Assembly (NCBI GenBank): GCA_963719515.1
Contig: CAVRCJ010000010.1
Coordinates: forward strand, 704,001 to 768,000
Direction of reading: 5' to 3'
Origin: an uncultured cyanobacterium
Lineage (GTDB): Bacteria; Cyanobacteriota; Cyanobacteriia; CAKZMO01
DNA: 64,000 nucleotides
In this document: one piece after another, positions 48,572 through 58,699 of the stretch
Numbering within the stretch: position 1 is the stretch's first letter
Layout of the letters: every line of letters starts with the position of its first letter
The notes under the pieces: model-generated
Databases searched by the model: none
Seen by the model: the letters and a program-made list of their open reading frames with translations, nothing else
Told to the model about the DNA's origin: nothing
Position numbers and translations under genes: made by a program

Positions 48572-49177
48572 ATGGTCGCTCTTCAAGACTTGTCTGAATG
48601 GCTCAAAGCTGACGACCCCGAAGAGCGCCAGATCATCAGCGGCGTCAGCTGGGAAAGCTACGATACCCTGCTGAGCAGTGGCGATCGCCTCCCTCACCGC
48701 ATTGCCTACCTAGACGGAGTCCTAGAGCTTGTGTCCCCCAGTCGCCGCCACGAGCGCCGAAAAAGCATCATCGGGTCTTTGCTAGAAGACTACTTCAAAG
48801 AAAAGCGAATCCGCTACTTTCCCCTCGGCTCAGCGACGTTTCGCCAGCAGAACCAGCGCGGCGGCGTCGAACCTGACGAGTCTTACTGCTTGGGCACCGA
48901 AAAAGCGCTTCCTGACTTGGCGATTGAGGTCGTCGTCTCCAGCGGCGGCATCGACAAGCTAGAGGTTTATCGGCGGCTAGCGGTCAGCGAAGTCTGGTTT
49001 TTCAAGGGCGATCGCTTTAACGTCTATCGCCTAACCGCAGCAGGATACGAACTCACCGAGAGCAGCCCTCTACTGCCGGACCTAGATCTAGATCTGCTGG
49101 CTCAGTACGTCGTCGCCCCAGACCCGCTTGATGCCGCGATCGCCTTTCGAGACGCCATCCGGGAGGTACAACCATGA
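48572..49177 (+). CDS. Uma2 (DUF820) family endonuclease
   Basis: VSWESY, EPDESY, PDLAIEVV and EVWF. Confidence 0.92.
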   Translation: MVALQDLSEWLKADDPEERQIISGVSWESYDTLLSSGDRLPHRIAYLDGVLELVSPSRRHERRKSIIGSLLEDYFKEKRIRYFPLGSATFRQQNQRGGVEPDESYCLGTEKALPDLAIEVVVSSGGIDKLEVYRRLAVSEVWFFKGDRFNVYRLTAAGYELTESSPLLPDLDLDLLAQYVVAPDPLDAAIAFRDAIREVQP

Positions 49178-49788
49178 TTGCACAGCCCAATAGCGCACCC
49201 GTTTCATTTGACGAATTCATTGCCTGGTATCCAGACGCTCCGGCGAACCGCTACGAACTTCGGCGAGGAGCCATCATCGAAATGCCAAAGCCCAAAGGGA
49301 AGCATTCAGAAATTGCGGGCTTTCTCATCAAGGTGCTAAACAACGCGATTGATCAAGCTTCATTGCCTTACGTCATTCCTCGTGAATGCATTATCAAAAT
49401 TTCTCCCGACACGGGCTACGAGCCCGATGTCACCGTAGTCGATCGCCCCGGCTTAGCCGACGAGCCCCGCTGGGACAGTTCATCCATCATCGAGCGCGGA
49501 GAAACGGTGAAGCTAATCGTTGAGGTTGTCTCCACCAACTGGCGCGACGACTACGCCCTCAAAATGTCCGACTACGAGAGCATTGGCGTACAGGAATACT
49601 GGATTGTCGACTACCTCGGCATCGGTGGGCGGCGCTATATCGGCTCCCCCAAACAGCCTACCGTGACGGTTTGTACGCTGGTGAACGGAGAATACGAACT
49701 GCAGCAGTTTCGCAGCGGCGATCGCCTCACTTCCCCCACGTTCCCAGCATTAACGTTGACCACAAACCAGATATCTGACCCAGGGTAG
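49174..49788 (+). CDS. Uma2 (DUF820) family endonuclease
   Basis: YEPDV, LIVEVVSTNW and EYWIVDY; ATGA overlap. Confidence 0.92.
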   Translation: MIAQPNSAPVSFDEFIAWYPDAPANRYELRRGAIIEMPKPKGKHSEIAGFLIKVLNNAIDQASLPYVIPRECIIKISPDTGYEPDVTVVDRPGLADEPRWDSSSIIERGETVKLIVEVVSTNWRDDYALKMSDYESIGVQEYWIVDYLGIGGRRYIGSPKQPTVTVCTLVNGEYELQQFRSGDRLTSPTFPALTLTTNQISDPG

Positions 49789-49802
49789 GATTCTCTAGAG
49801 CG

Positions 49803-51200
49803 CTACCGCCGCAAATGCCAAGCGCGCGGCTGCACAAACGCCCGAATCCCCTCCTGAGATAACGTCGCCCCCATCCCCGAATGCTTGCGTCCCGTCCAGG
49901 GCAGCCGGGGGCTGACGCGATCGCAGCAGTTCCAGTAGGCGCTGCCGGTGTTCAGCGCCCCCAAGATTTTCACGGCCCGCTGGCGATCGCCGCAGTACAC
50001 CGCCGCCGTCAGGCCGTAGTCCGTGTCGTTCATCAGTGCCACTGCCGCCTCATCGTCCTCCACCCGCTGAATGCCAATTACCGGCCCAAAGGTCTCCTCT
50101 CGCATCACCGCCATCTCGTGGGTCACCTCGGTTAGCACCGTCGGCGCAAAGTACCAGCCCGGACGGTCTACGGGTTCGCCGCCGCACCGCAGTGTCGCAC
50201 CCTTGGCGATCGCCTCTTCGACCTGCCGCTCTAAAACCGCGAGCTGTGGCTTACGGCTGAGCGGCCCCAGATAGGTTTGCGAGTCGGCAGGGTCCCCCAG
50301 CTTAAGCCCCTGCACCGCCTGCAGAAACGCCTCCAAAAAGGCGTCGTAGACATCGCTATGGACGTAGATGCGCTCTATGGCGCAGCAAGACTGCCCGTTG
50401 TTGTAAAACGCCCCGTCGGCCAGCCCGGCAGCGGCCTTGGCCACCTCCACATCGTCACAGACGTAGGCCGGGTCCTTGCCCCCTAGCTCTAGCTGGACTC
50501 TCATCATCTGCGAGGCCGCCGCCGCCGCAATTTTCTGGCCCGTCCCGTAGGAGCCGGTGAAGAAAACTCCGTCCAAGGTCTGCTCTAGCAGTGCCGCCCC
50601 CGTGATGCCGGTCCCCACCACAGGAACAAATACGTCTTTGGGTACCCCAGCCTCGTGCAGCAGTGAGGCGATCGCCAGCCCCGTCAAAGTCGCGATCTCC
50701 GAAGGCTTGTAGAGCACGACATTGCCCGTAGCCAGCGCCGGAGCAATTACGTTGATGCCCACAAAGTAGGGGTAGTTCCAGGCGGAGATATTGGCGATCG
50801 CGCCCAGGGGCTCGTAGGTAATGTATTCTTCCAGCGCAGCGGTGCCCGGCAGGGCATCGGACGGCTCGTGATGGGCCAGGGTTGGTGCCAGAACAGCGGC
50901 GGTCTCCTGGAGGAAAAAGTCAATTCGCGCTGGGGTGGCGAGAATCTCGCCTTTGGCCTGGGAGATAGGTTTTCCTGTTTCTGCGGTGAGGGTAGCGGCA
51001 AGCTTATCCGCTCGCTGCACCAACAGGTCTCGAAATTGGGCTAGGCAGGCGAGACGATCTAAGAGCGATCGCGCGGCCCAGTCGGGCTGAGCGGCGTGGG
51101 CAGAGGCGACTTTGGCGGCGACGCTGTCGGCATCATCGGCGGGGACTTCGTCGATTAGGGCTTCGGTGGCGGGATTGATGATGGAAATGGTGTCGGACAT
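49803..51200 (-). CDS. aldehyde dehydrogenase
   Basis: WNYP, FTGS, LELGGKD, GQSCC and EETFGP. Confidence 0.95.
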   Translation of the reverse strand: MSDTISIINPATEALIDEVPADDADSVAAKVASAHAAQPDWAARSLLDRLACLAQFRDLLVQRADKLAATLTAETGKPISQAKGEILATPARIDFFLQETAAVLAPTLAHHEPSDALPGTAALEEYITYEPLGAIANISAWNYPYFVGINVIAPALATGNVVLYKPSEIATLTGLAIASLLHEAGVPKDVFVPVVGTGITGAALLEQTLDGVFFTGSYGTGQKIAAAAASQMMRVQLELGGKDPAYVCDDVEVAKAAAGLADGAFYNNGQSCCAIERIYVHSDVYDAFLEAFLQAVQGLKLGDPADSQTYLGPLSRKPQLAVLERQVEEAIAKGATLRCGGEPVDRPGWYFAPTVLTEVTHEMAVMREETFGPVIGIQRVEDDEAAVALMNDTDYGLTAAVYCGDRQRAVKILGALNTGSAYWNCCDRVSPRLPWTGRKHSGMGATLSQEGIRAFVQPRAWHLRR

Positions 51201-51253
51201 TATGCAATTCTAGACAGACATACAGACATAGTGGTGATGCAGATCAGCATTGT

Positions 51254-51281
51254 GTAGGGACATAGCGCGCTATGCCTCTAC
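51254..51281. repeat. GTAG-type REP-like palindrome (related copies at 52871-52895 and 55245-55273)
   Basis: GTAGGGACATAGCGCGCTATGCCTCTAC. Confidence 0.6.
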
Positions 51282-51340
51282 CGGTGCGCTGTGGGTTAGA
51301 CATGGCGTTTGCCGGGGTCACTGGTCGCGTCACGGATTGA

Positions 51341-52540
51341 CTAAGCGGGGACAGCGTCGCGGGACAGGGCATCGCGGTAGATCCGATAAAAGTCCGCCTC
51401 CGTTACGGATCTAGGGTTCGAGGGGTGACAGCCGTCTGCCATCGCCACCGGCACCAGCCGCGCCACAGTTTCCGCCGACACCCCCAATGCTCCCAGCGAT
51501 GTCGGAATCCCGATCGCCTCCGACAGTGCCTCAATCCACTCAACAAACGCCGCCCCGCTGGTCGCTCCCGGCTGAACGACCCGCGCCAGCCGCAAAAATC
51601 GCTCCGGGTCCGCCTCTAAATTGAACCGCATCGCGGCAGGCAGCATCACCCCATTCGCCAATCCATGGTGGGTATCGCACACCGTCGACAGCGCGTGGGC
51701 GCAGGAATGGGTCACCCCCAACCCCTTTTGAAAGGCGATCGCCCCCATCATCGAGGCGTTGAGCATGCCGCTGCGGGCCGCCAGATGCGCTGCGGCCTCT
51801 TCATCACTGAGCGCTTCGCCAGCCCGTCGGGCAAACGCCACGCTGGGCTGCAGATGCTGAGCCACCAAATGAATCCCCTCCAGCGCAATCCCATCGCACA
51901 GCGGATTCACCCCCTTGGCCAAAAACGCCTCCACCAGGTGGGTCAGGGCATCCATCCCCGTCGCCGCCGTAATTTTCGCGGGCAATCCCACCAGTAGCTC
52001 CGGGTCCGCCAGCACCACCTTGGGCAGCAGCTGCGGGTCAAACATAATCTTCTTCGCGTGGGTCACATCGTCGGAAATCACCGTACTGCGCCCCACCTCA
52101 CTCCCCGTCCCCGCCGTGGTGGGAATCGCCACAATAGTCGGTACCGACTGGTCCACCGGCCTTGCGTCAGGTGCCCCGTCTTCGTAGTCGAATAAATGCC
52201 CCGGATGGTTGGCCATCAGAGCGATCGCCTTGGCCACATCCATAGGAGCCCCGCCCCCCACCGCCACAATACCGTCAGCGCTGTGCTCTTTCCAGGCCGC
52301 CAGCCCCGCCTCCACTTGAGAAACCACCGGGTTGCCCCACACGCCGCTAAAGGTTTGTGCTGCCGGTCCAGCGAAGTTGGCGACTTCGGTAAACCAGGGC
52401 AGGGTGGCCACGTCGCGATCGGTGACGATTAGGGGGCGATCGATGCCGAAGCTGTTCAAAGTTTGGGGCAATTCTGCGCGAGCGCCAGGGCCGAAGCGGA
52501 TTTTGGTGGGGAAGCCATAGGTGTGGATTTGAGGAGGCAT
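51341..52540 (-). CDS. iron-containing alcohol dehydrogenase
   Basis: GGGAPMD, PTTAGTGSE, DALTHLVE, HSCAH and HHG. Confidence 0.95.
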   Translation of the reverse strand: MPPQIHTYGFPTKIRFGPGARAELPQTLNSFGIDRPLIVTDRDVATLPWFTEVANFAGPAAQTFSGVWGNPVVSQVEAGLAAWKEHSADGIVAVGGGAPMDVAKAIALMANHPGHLFDYEDGAPDARPVDQSVPTIVAIPTTAGTGSEVGRSTVISDDVTHAKKIMFDPQLLPKVVLADPELLVGLPAKITAATGMDALTHLVEAFLAKGVNPLCDGIALEGIHLVAQHLQPSVAFARRAGEALSDEEAAAHLAARSGMLNASMMGAIAFQKGLGVTHSCAHALSTVCDTHHGLANGVMLPAAMRFNLEADPERFLRLARVVQPGATSGAAFVEWIEALSEAIGIPTSLGALGVSAETVARLVPVAMADGCHPSNPRSVTEADFYRIYRDALSRDAVPA

Positions 52541-52636
52541 GGATCTCCGATAAGAAGCACATTTGTAAGCGATCGCCGATTAGTCAAAGGTTGCCGACCC
52601 GTGACAGCTCGGACCGATACGAGCCAGATCACTTTT

Positions 52637-52698
52637 GGAGGGGGTCTGGGGGACGCAACCGTCCCCCAGCGGGGGTTTGGGGGCAAGCTGCCCCCAAG
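52637..52698 (+). repeat. G/C-run double-hairpin dispersed repeat, family C, copy 1
   Basis: Similar to 55126-55190. Confidence 0.75.
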
Positions 52699-52902
52699 GC
52701 GATCGGTTTTTCATTCAACCGATCTCTCGCAAATGCCGCCAGATTAGTAAGGCCGTTTCATGGCTCGGGAGCATAGGAGCCCACGCCCCTGCCCTGGTTG
52801 TCAATATTGAATTGAACGGCAACATTTCCACAGGTCGAACATCGGGGTGGCGGGGTGTTTGATGGATCGCGGGGCATACGGTCGTACGCCCCTACCGTTG
52901 TT

Positions 52903-54228
52903 CTAAATATTGATATAGTGCGCCATCTCCCAATCCGTCACCCTTGTACTAAACTCCGACCACTCCTGCTCCTTAAACTCCAAAAACGTCTTCGTCCCCA
53001 ACTCCCCCATCATCCCCGTCAGCAAATCATCCTGCTTAAACGCCACCATCGCCTCAAACAGCGACCCTGGCAGCGTCTCCAAGTCCGGAAACTCCACCCC
53101 ACGGGAAAATAAATTTCCGTCGATGGGATCGCCGGGGTCCATTTGCTTCTCCATCCCGTCTAGCCCCGCCGCCAAGATTCCCGCCAGCGTCAAATACATC
53201 GTCGCCGCCCCATCCACCAGCCGACATTCAAACCGCCCCGCCTCCGGAATCCGCAGCATATGGGAGCGATTATTGCCGCCATAGGAGATGTAGCGCGGCG
53301 TCCAGGTGCTGCCCGAGGACGTGGTGCGGGCCTGCAGTCGCCGGTAAGAGTTCACCGTCGGGGCAAACAAGGCAGTCAGCCCCTTGGCGTGGGCCATCAC
53401 CCCCGCCAAAAACTGATAGCCCAGAGGCGACAAGCCCCCCTCATCAGCCCCCTCATCAAAGACATTAGTCTCCCCCTGCCACAGGCTGTTGTGCACATGG
53501 CCGCCGCTGCCCGTAATGTGGCTAAACGGCTTGGGCATAAAGGTGGCCACCAGGCCTCGCTGCTCCGCCAAAGTCTTGACCATGTACTTAAAAAACACGT
53601 GGCGATCGCCCGTGGTGCGCGCATCGGCATAGCCCCAGTTGAGCTCAAACTGGCCGTTGGCGTCCTCGTGGTCGCACTGGTAAGGCTCCCAGCCCAGGTC
53701 TTCCATGTAGCCCACGACCTGAGAGATTAGGTCGAACTGCCGCATCAAGTTGAGCTGGTCGTAGCAGGGCCGCTCGGCGGTGTCGCGATCGTCGGCAACG
53801 ACGTAGCCTGTATCCGTTTGCTTCAGCAAGAAAAACTCGGCCTCCACCCCCGCTTTGTAGGTGTAGCCCAGCCCAGCGCACTGGCTCATCGTCTGATTTA
53901 ATATAGTGCGCGGTGCCGCCGGAAACGGCTCGCCCTCAAAGTACACATCGCTAGCCACCCAGCCCACCGTAGGCTCCCAGGGCAGCTGAATCAGGGAGTC
54001 GGGGTCGGGGATGGCGGCGATTTCGGCGGCTTCGGGACCTAGTCCCAAATTGGAGGCAAAGGCGGCGAAGAAAGCCCCATCTTTTTCCACGGAGGCAATC
54101 TTAGCGGCGGGGACCAACTTGGCGCGAGTGCCGCCGAGCAGGTCTGTATAGGATACCAGGAAAAACTTGAGGCCAAGCTCCTTAGCTTTTTCTTCCAGGC
54201 GGCTCGTCTGCTTTAGAGTTCCAACCAT
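52903..54228 (-). CDS. GlnT/GmaS-like glutamate-amine ligase (gamma-glutamylmethylamide synthetase-like)
   Basis: RAKLVPA, GVEAEFF, CYDQ, DHEDANGQFE, FMPKPF and NNRSHMLRIP. Confidence 0.88.
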   Translation of the reverse strand: MVGTLKQTSRLEEKAKELGLKFFLVSYTDLLGGTRAKLVPAAKIASVEKDGAFFAAFASNLGLGPEAAEIAAIPDPDSLIQLPWEPTVGWVASDVYFEGEPFPAAPRTILNQTMSQCAGLGYTYKAGVEAEFFLLKQTDTGYVVADDRDTAERPCYDQLNLMRQFDLISQVVGYMEDLGWEPYQCDHEDANGQFELNWGYADARTTGDRHVFFKYMVKTLAEQRGLVATFMPKPFSHITGSGGHVHNSLWQGETNVFDEGADEGGLSPLGYQFLAGVMAHAKGLTALFAPTVNSYRRLQARTTSSGSTWTPRYISYGGNNRSHMLRIPEAGRFECRLVDGAATMYLTLAGILAAGLDGMEKQMDPGDPIDGNLFSRGVEFPDLETLPGSLFEAMVAFKQDDLLTGMMGELGTKTFLEFKEQEWSEFSTRVTDWEMAHYINI

Positions 54229-54296
54229 AATGTTCTAGCTGTGGCAGTGGTTCCGGGGCGTTGCCCCCAGTAAACCAAGCTTGGGTAGCCCTATTT

Positions 54297-54310
54297 GTAG
54301 CGTCAGCTAC
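54297..54310. promoter_or_regulatory. NtcA-type site GTA-N8-TAC
   Basis: GTAGCGTCAGCTAC in the divergent ligase/GATase gap; TTTAAT lies 22 nt downstream on the plus strand. Confidence 0.6.
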
Positions 54311-54351
54311 GGGTTAACCGCCGAATCAGCCCTTTAATAGGGGCGAGGATT

Positions 54352-55089
54352 TTGAGGGGCGATCGCTTGGATATTCTGGTCATTCAAAGCAGCGAACTCG
54401 ACCCCATTGGACTATTGGGAGAGTTTCTAGAAGCCAAAGGGGCCACCCTTCACCCGTGGCTACCGCTGCAGCAGCCCCAAATTCCTGTGGCCAGCGACTA
54501 CCAAAGCCTAATCGTACTCGGCGGCTCCATGCACGCCGGGGACGACAGCGGCTTTCCCCACCTGCGCCAAGTGGTCGAACTCATCCACCAGTTCCACGCC
54601 GCCCAAAAGCCCATCATGGGCATTTGCCTGGGGGCGCAGCTCATTGCCCGCACCTTTGGGGCCAGAGTCTATCAACACACCGCCCCCGAGCTTGGGTTCA
54701 CCCCCGTCAACATTCACCCCAACGTCACCCAGCCCTGGCTCAAATGCCTACCGCCCCAGCTCCACCTGATGCAGTGGCACTTCGACACCTTCGACCTCCC
54801 CCCCGGCGCAACCCTGCTGATGTCGAACCAAACCTGCCGCCACCAAGCCTACTGCATTGGACCCAACATATACGGCTTTCAGTTTCACCTAGAAGTAACG
54901 CCCGCAATCGTCAAAGACTGGCTAGCCGACAAAAACGATTGGATCGAGACCAACTACCCCAACCTCGACAAAACCGTCCTGCAGCAGTTAAACGACCACT
55001 GGTCCACCTCCACCTGCTTCGCAAATGTCCTAGTAACAGAGTGGATCGCTCTGATCAAACGCTCTGCCTCAGCTAAACCATTGAGCTAA
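54352..55089 (+). CDS. type 1 glutamine amidotransferase-like protein
   Basis: GICLGAQ nucleophile and FQFHLE; start uncertain. Confidence 0.9.
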   Translation: MRGDRLDILVIQSSELDPIGLLGEFLEAKGATLHPWLPLQQPQIPVASDYQSLIVLGGSMHAGDDSGFPHLRQVVELIHQFHAAQKPIMGICLGAQLIARTFGARVYQHTAPELGFTPVNIHPNVTQPWLKCLPPQLHLMQWHFDTFDLPPGATLLMSNQTCRHQAYCIGPNIYGFQFHLEVTPAIVKDWLADKNDWIETNYPNLDKTVLQQLNDHWSTSTCFANVLVTEWIALIKRSASAKPLS

Positions 55090-55125
55090 ACGAAAACCCA
55101 ACACCCCTGTTACGAAACGCCTTAT

Positions 55126-55190
55126 GCAGGGGGCCTCTGGGGGAGGCATCTCGTCCCCCAGACAGGGGGTTTGGGGGCCAAGCCCCCAAG
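55126..55190 (+). repeat. G/C-run double-hairpin dispersed repeat, family C, copy 2
   Basis: Similar to 52637-52698. Confidence 0.75.
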
Positions 55191-55299
55191 CACAGTTTGC
55201 ATCTTTACCTAAACCATTCGTATCCTCTACCTTCCAAATTTTGCGGTGCGTCGCTGCGCTGACAGCACCCTACATTTGTTCATTCCACCCGCATCAACT

Positions 55300-56661
55300 A
55301 TGTACCCCAATCTCCAACCCCTAACCCCGGAACTCCAATCCCTCCACGACAGCTTAAAAGATCGCGGCGTCAAATACGCCATGGCCAGCTTCGTCGACAT
55401 CCACGGCATGTGCAAAGGCAAAATCGTCCCTCTAACCCACTTCGACCGCATGATCCAGGGCTCCGAGCTATTCACCGGCGCAGCCCTAGACGGCGTCCCT
55501 CAGGAAATCAACGACGACGAAGTGGGCACCATGCCCGACCCCGACAGCGCTACGGTGCTGCCCTGGAACCCCGAAATCGCCTGGTTCGCCAGCGACCTCT
55601 ATCTCCACGAAAAGCCCTTCGATGCCTGCTGCCGCACCATTCTCAAGCGCACGCTCAAGCAGGCCGCCGACATGGGCTACTGCTTCAATCTAGGCATCGA
55701 AACCGAATTCTTTATCTTCAAAGAAACTGAGAATGGCTTTGCCCCCATCAGCGATCGCGACACGCTGCCCAAAGCCGCCTACGCCTTGCCCACCGTCTTA
55801 GACAACTACAAAATATTAGACCGCATCGTCAGCGCCATGAACGACCTGGGCTGGGACGTCTACTCCTTCGACCACGAAGACGCCCAGGGCCAGTTCGAAA
55901 CCGACTTCACCTACTGCGACGCCCTCAAAATGGCGGACCGGCTTACCTTTTTCCGCTTCATGGTCAAAGAGCTAGCCCGCGAGCAGGGCTATTTCGCCAG
56001 CTTCATGCCCAAGCCTTACGCCAACCAAACCGGCAGCGGTGCCCACTACAACATGTCCTTGGCCGACCTAGAAACGGGCAAGAACCTATTCCAGGACAAT
56101 GAAGACTCCTGCGGGCTATCCAAGCTGGGCTACCAATTCATTGCCGGAGTACTGAAACATGCCAAAGCGATCGTGGCGGTGACCTGCCCTACGGTAAACA
56201 GCTACAAGCGGCTGGTGCGTCAGGGCAGCATGTCCGGCTTCACCTGGGCTCCGGTATACGTGTGCTACGGCGGCAACAACCGCACCAACATGCTGCGCAT
56301 CCCCATGGGGGGCGGGCGCGTAGAGTGCCGCGCCGCTGATATTTCCACGAACCTCTACCTCGGCGCGGCGATGATTCTGGCGGCGGGGTTAGAGGGCATC
56401 CGCGAGGGGCTAGACCCTGGCCATCCCCACCGGGAGAACATGTACGAGTATTCCCTGGAAGAGTTAGAGGAGATGGGCATCGATACGCTGCCCCAGACTC
56501 TCGGGGAGGCGATCGCCGACTTTGCCGCTGACCCGCTGAGCGAGGCGGTGATGGGGCCGCTGATGTACCGCACCTATGTAGACTTCAAGACCCAGGAGTG
56601 GCAGGAGTACCACAGCCATGTTTCAGATTGGGAGATTCAGCGCTATCTCAAGTTTTTCTAG
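55300..56661 (+). CDS. second GlnT-like glutamate-amine ligase
   Basis: GIETEFF, DHEDAQGQFE, FMPKPY and NNRTNMLRIP; ATG 55300. Confidence 0.88.
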   Translation: MYPNLQPLTPELQSLHDSLKDRGVKYAMASFVDIHGMCKGKIVPLTHFDRMIQGSELFTGAALDGVPQEINDDEVGTMPDPDSATVLPWNPEIAWFASDLYLHEKPFDACCRTILKRTLKQAADMGYCFNLGIETEFFIFKETENGFAPISDRDTLPKAAYALPTVLDNYKILDRIVSAMNDLGWDVYSFDHEDAQGQFETDFTYCDALKMADRLTFFRFMVKELAREQGYFASFMPKPYANQTGSGAHYNMSLADLETGKNLFQDNEDSCGLSKLGYQFIAGVLKHAKAIVAVTCPTVNSYKRLVRQGSMSGFTWAPVYVCYGGNNRTNMLRIPMGGGRVECRAADISTNLYLGAAMILAAGLEGIREGLDPGHPHRENMYEYSLEELEEMGIDTLPQTLGEAIADFAADPLSEAVMGPLMYRTYVDFKTQEWQEYHSHVSDWEIQRYLKFF

Positions 56662-56831
56662 GACTTGAGAGCTTAGATACGGGCTGCTTGCTGCGGGCCA
56701 CGCCCTATTGCGTTGGCGCTGCCGCTTAAGGCAACCCGTTTGGCCAGAAGCCTGACCGTGTGTGAGACAGCGCGCGCAAATGTCCTAACAACTCAGGACA
56801 TTTGCTGTAGGACTTCAACTGGCCAAATGCG

Positions 56832-58093
56832 TCATTCCGGTGTCCTCTGGAGTTGCTGTTGGTATAGCCCAACCCATGTCTCTTCCTCCGGAATGCTGCG
56901 ATCGGCATTGCGAACACAGCTTTGCCAAGGTTCAGACGCCCTCGTAGGCTGCCACGCGCCATAAGCTAGCGCCAGCAGACAGTACGCCGCCGCCCGCTCC
57001 CCCTCTAGAATTGCTTGGTCAAGCGCGATCGCCTGCTCCAGCCCCTGCGCCGCCTCCCGGTAATTCCCCTGCTGTAGCCGCGCCCAGCCTAAATTCTTCA
57101 GCAGGTCATAGCTGGCCTCAGCGATGGCGGGGTCGCTCTCCACCAAGGCCAGGTCAATCTGGGCATCGGTCTTCACCAGCAGCGAAGCTGCTTTTGCCGC
57201 CTCATCGTTCAAAATATGCAGCCGCGCCAAGTTATTGTGGGCGTTCAACCACACTACCTGCGACACGTCTTCGCGATCCGCTTCCACCACATACTGGTAC
57301 TGGGCGATCGCTTTGTCTTCCTGGTCCAAGTCTTCGTACGCCAGCCCCAGATTGAAGTGAGCCTCAGTGTAGTCGGGCTGCAGCGCTAGCGCCGTCTGAA
57401 AAGCCCTCACCGCGCTGTCGAGTTGGCGGGTCTCGAAATTCTGCTGACCCCACGTGTTGTACCAAGTGGATATCAACAGCAGCGATGCGTGGATGCCCGC
57501 CACTAGCAAAAACAGTCCTCCTGAGGCAAAGCTATTCCACTTGGGCCACTCCGCCTTAGCAAGATTGCGGCCCTCTAAAAACTGTTCCCAGCCTTCTCTC
57601 CCCGAAGCGGTTAGCGCCCCTTTCCCAGCCACGAGGGTAAGGAGCGCTTGAACGACGATAGGAAATGTGCCGGTGGTGGCAATGCCCTGCGCCGCGAAAC
57701 GAGACGCCGCATTTAAGACGAGGCTAGCGGAAGCGGCAAGAAAAATGATAGATAGGCTGTTCCAAACCCAATTGAGCCTAGCAGGTGGTTGGGGTGGCGC
57801 TGGCCACCCCAACCACCTGCCTCAGGAGGAAAATCGCTTCGCCAGTGAGCTTCTAGGGCCTTGAGCTTAGCTTCACTTGCCTTAACGCGCTGATCCGCGC
57901 CGTCCAGCTGCACCAAATCGCGCCCGGAAATTACTGCTGAGGCTGCCAGGATTTCCTGTAGGCGATCGCGGACGACAAGCGCGTCTAGCAGCTGCGCTTG
58001 GGAGGGCTGGGGAACTGCTTCTATAGTGGCGATCGCTTTTTCGTAGCGCGCTAGAAGCTGAGAGAGAGAATCGCTTTTAGAAGGGTGCTGCAT
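56832..58093 (-). pseudogene. membrane-anchored TPR protein, frameshifted near 57820
   Basis: N-terminal part from ATG 58093 (MQHPSK...) in one frame, TM and TPR part in another. Confidence 0.7.
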
Positions 58094-58136
58094 CGGATAA
58101 AACCGCAGGCAGAGACTATTCTCTAAGAATAGGCGC

Positions 58137-58165
58137 AAAAAAGGGGCGCGGTATACTACGCCCCT
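58137..58165 (-). terminator. intrinsic terminator of the amt operon
   Basis: Minus-strand AGGGGCG...CGCCCCT followed by a T tract. Confidence 0.7.
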
Positions 58166-58191
58166 CACGTCACTATAAAACGTCACTGTTG

Positions 58192-58612
58192 CTAGCGAAA
58201 CCGCCTTGTCTTGCCGCCCTGGCGTCGGCGCGGTCTTGAGCGGCGCGCCGCACCGATCGCCAGTCAGGCCCAGCAGCATAGCGGGGATGGTCTGAGTACG
58301 GGACGACATGCGCTGCGTCTGGGCCTCCGCTGGCGCAATAGGGCGAGTCGGCTGACGGAATTCTGCCGATACCAGCGACAGCAGCCCCACCGTAATCAGC
58401 ATGCTCAAGCTGTTGAGGGACTTGTCTATCTTGGGCACGTTGTGATGCGTCGCGTAGGTTCTCGTAAGGAACCAAATAAAGAGAGCCACAGAGGCAATAA
58501 GGGCGATGGTGTTGAGAACAGGGGTATGGGCAAAGGTGTAAATCGCCCCCTCCGTCGGTCCCTCCAGGACGCCATTGAATTCATCAATGGTTTCAAATGG
58601 ACTAGCAGCCAT
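58192..58612 (-). CDS. small membrane protein downstream of amt, with an apparent +1 frameshift near 58257
   Basis: AAGGAG RBS; two hydrophobic segments. The shifted frame gives IGAARRSRPRRRQGGKTRRFR-stop just before the terminator. Confidence 0.65.
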
Positions 58613-58699
58613 GTATCAATCTCCTTAAACGATATAGATACCTTTTGGGTTGAGTGAGGGATACAGGCACTGCCATATCCCTATTCATGAACTAGCAGG

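Noticed and set aside
57713..58612. 299-aa ORF as a single gene
   Set aside because: Chimera of two genes joined by a frameshift; it crosses a terminator hairpin
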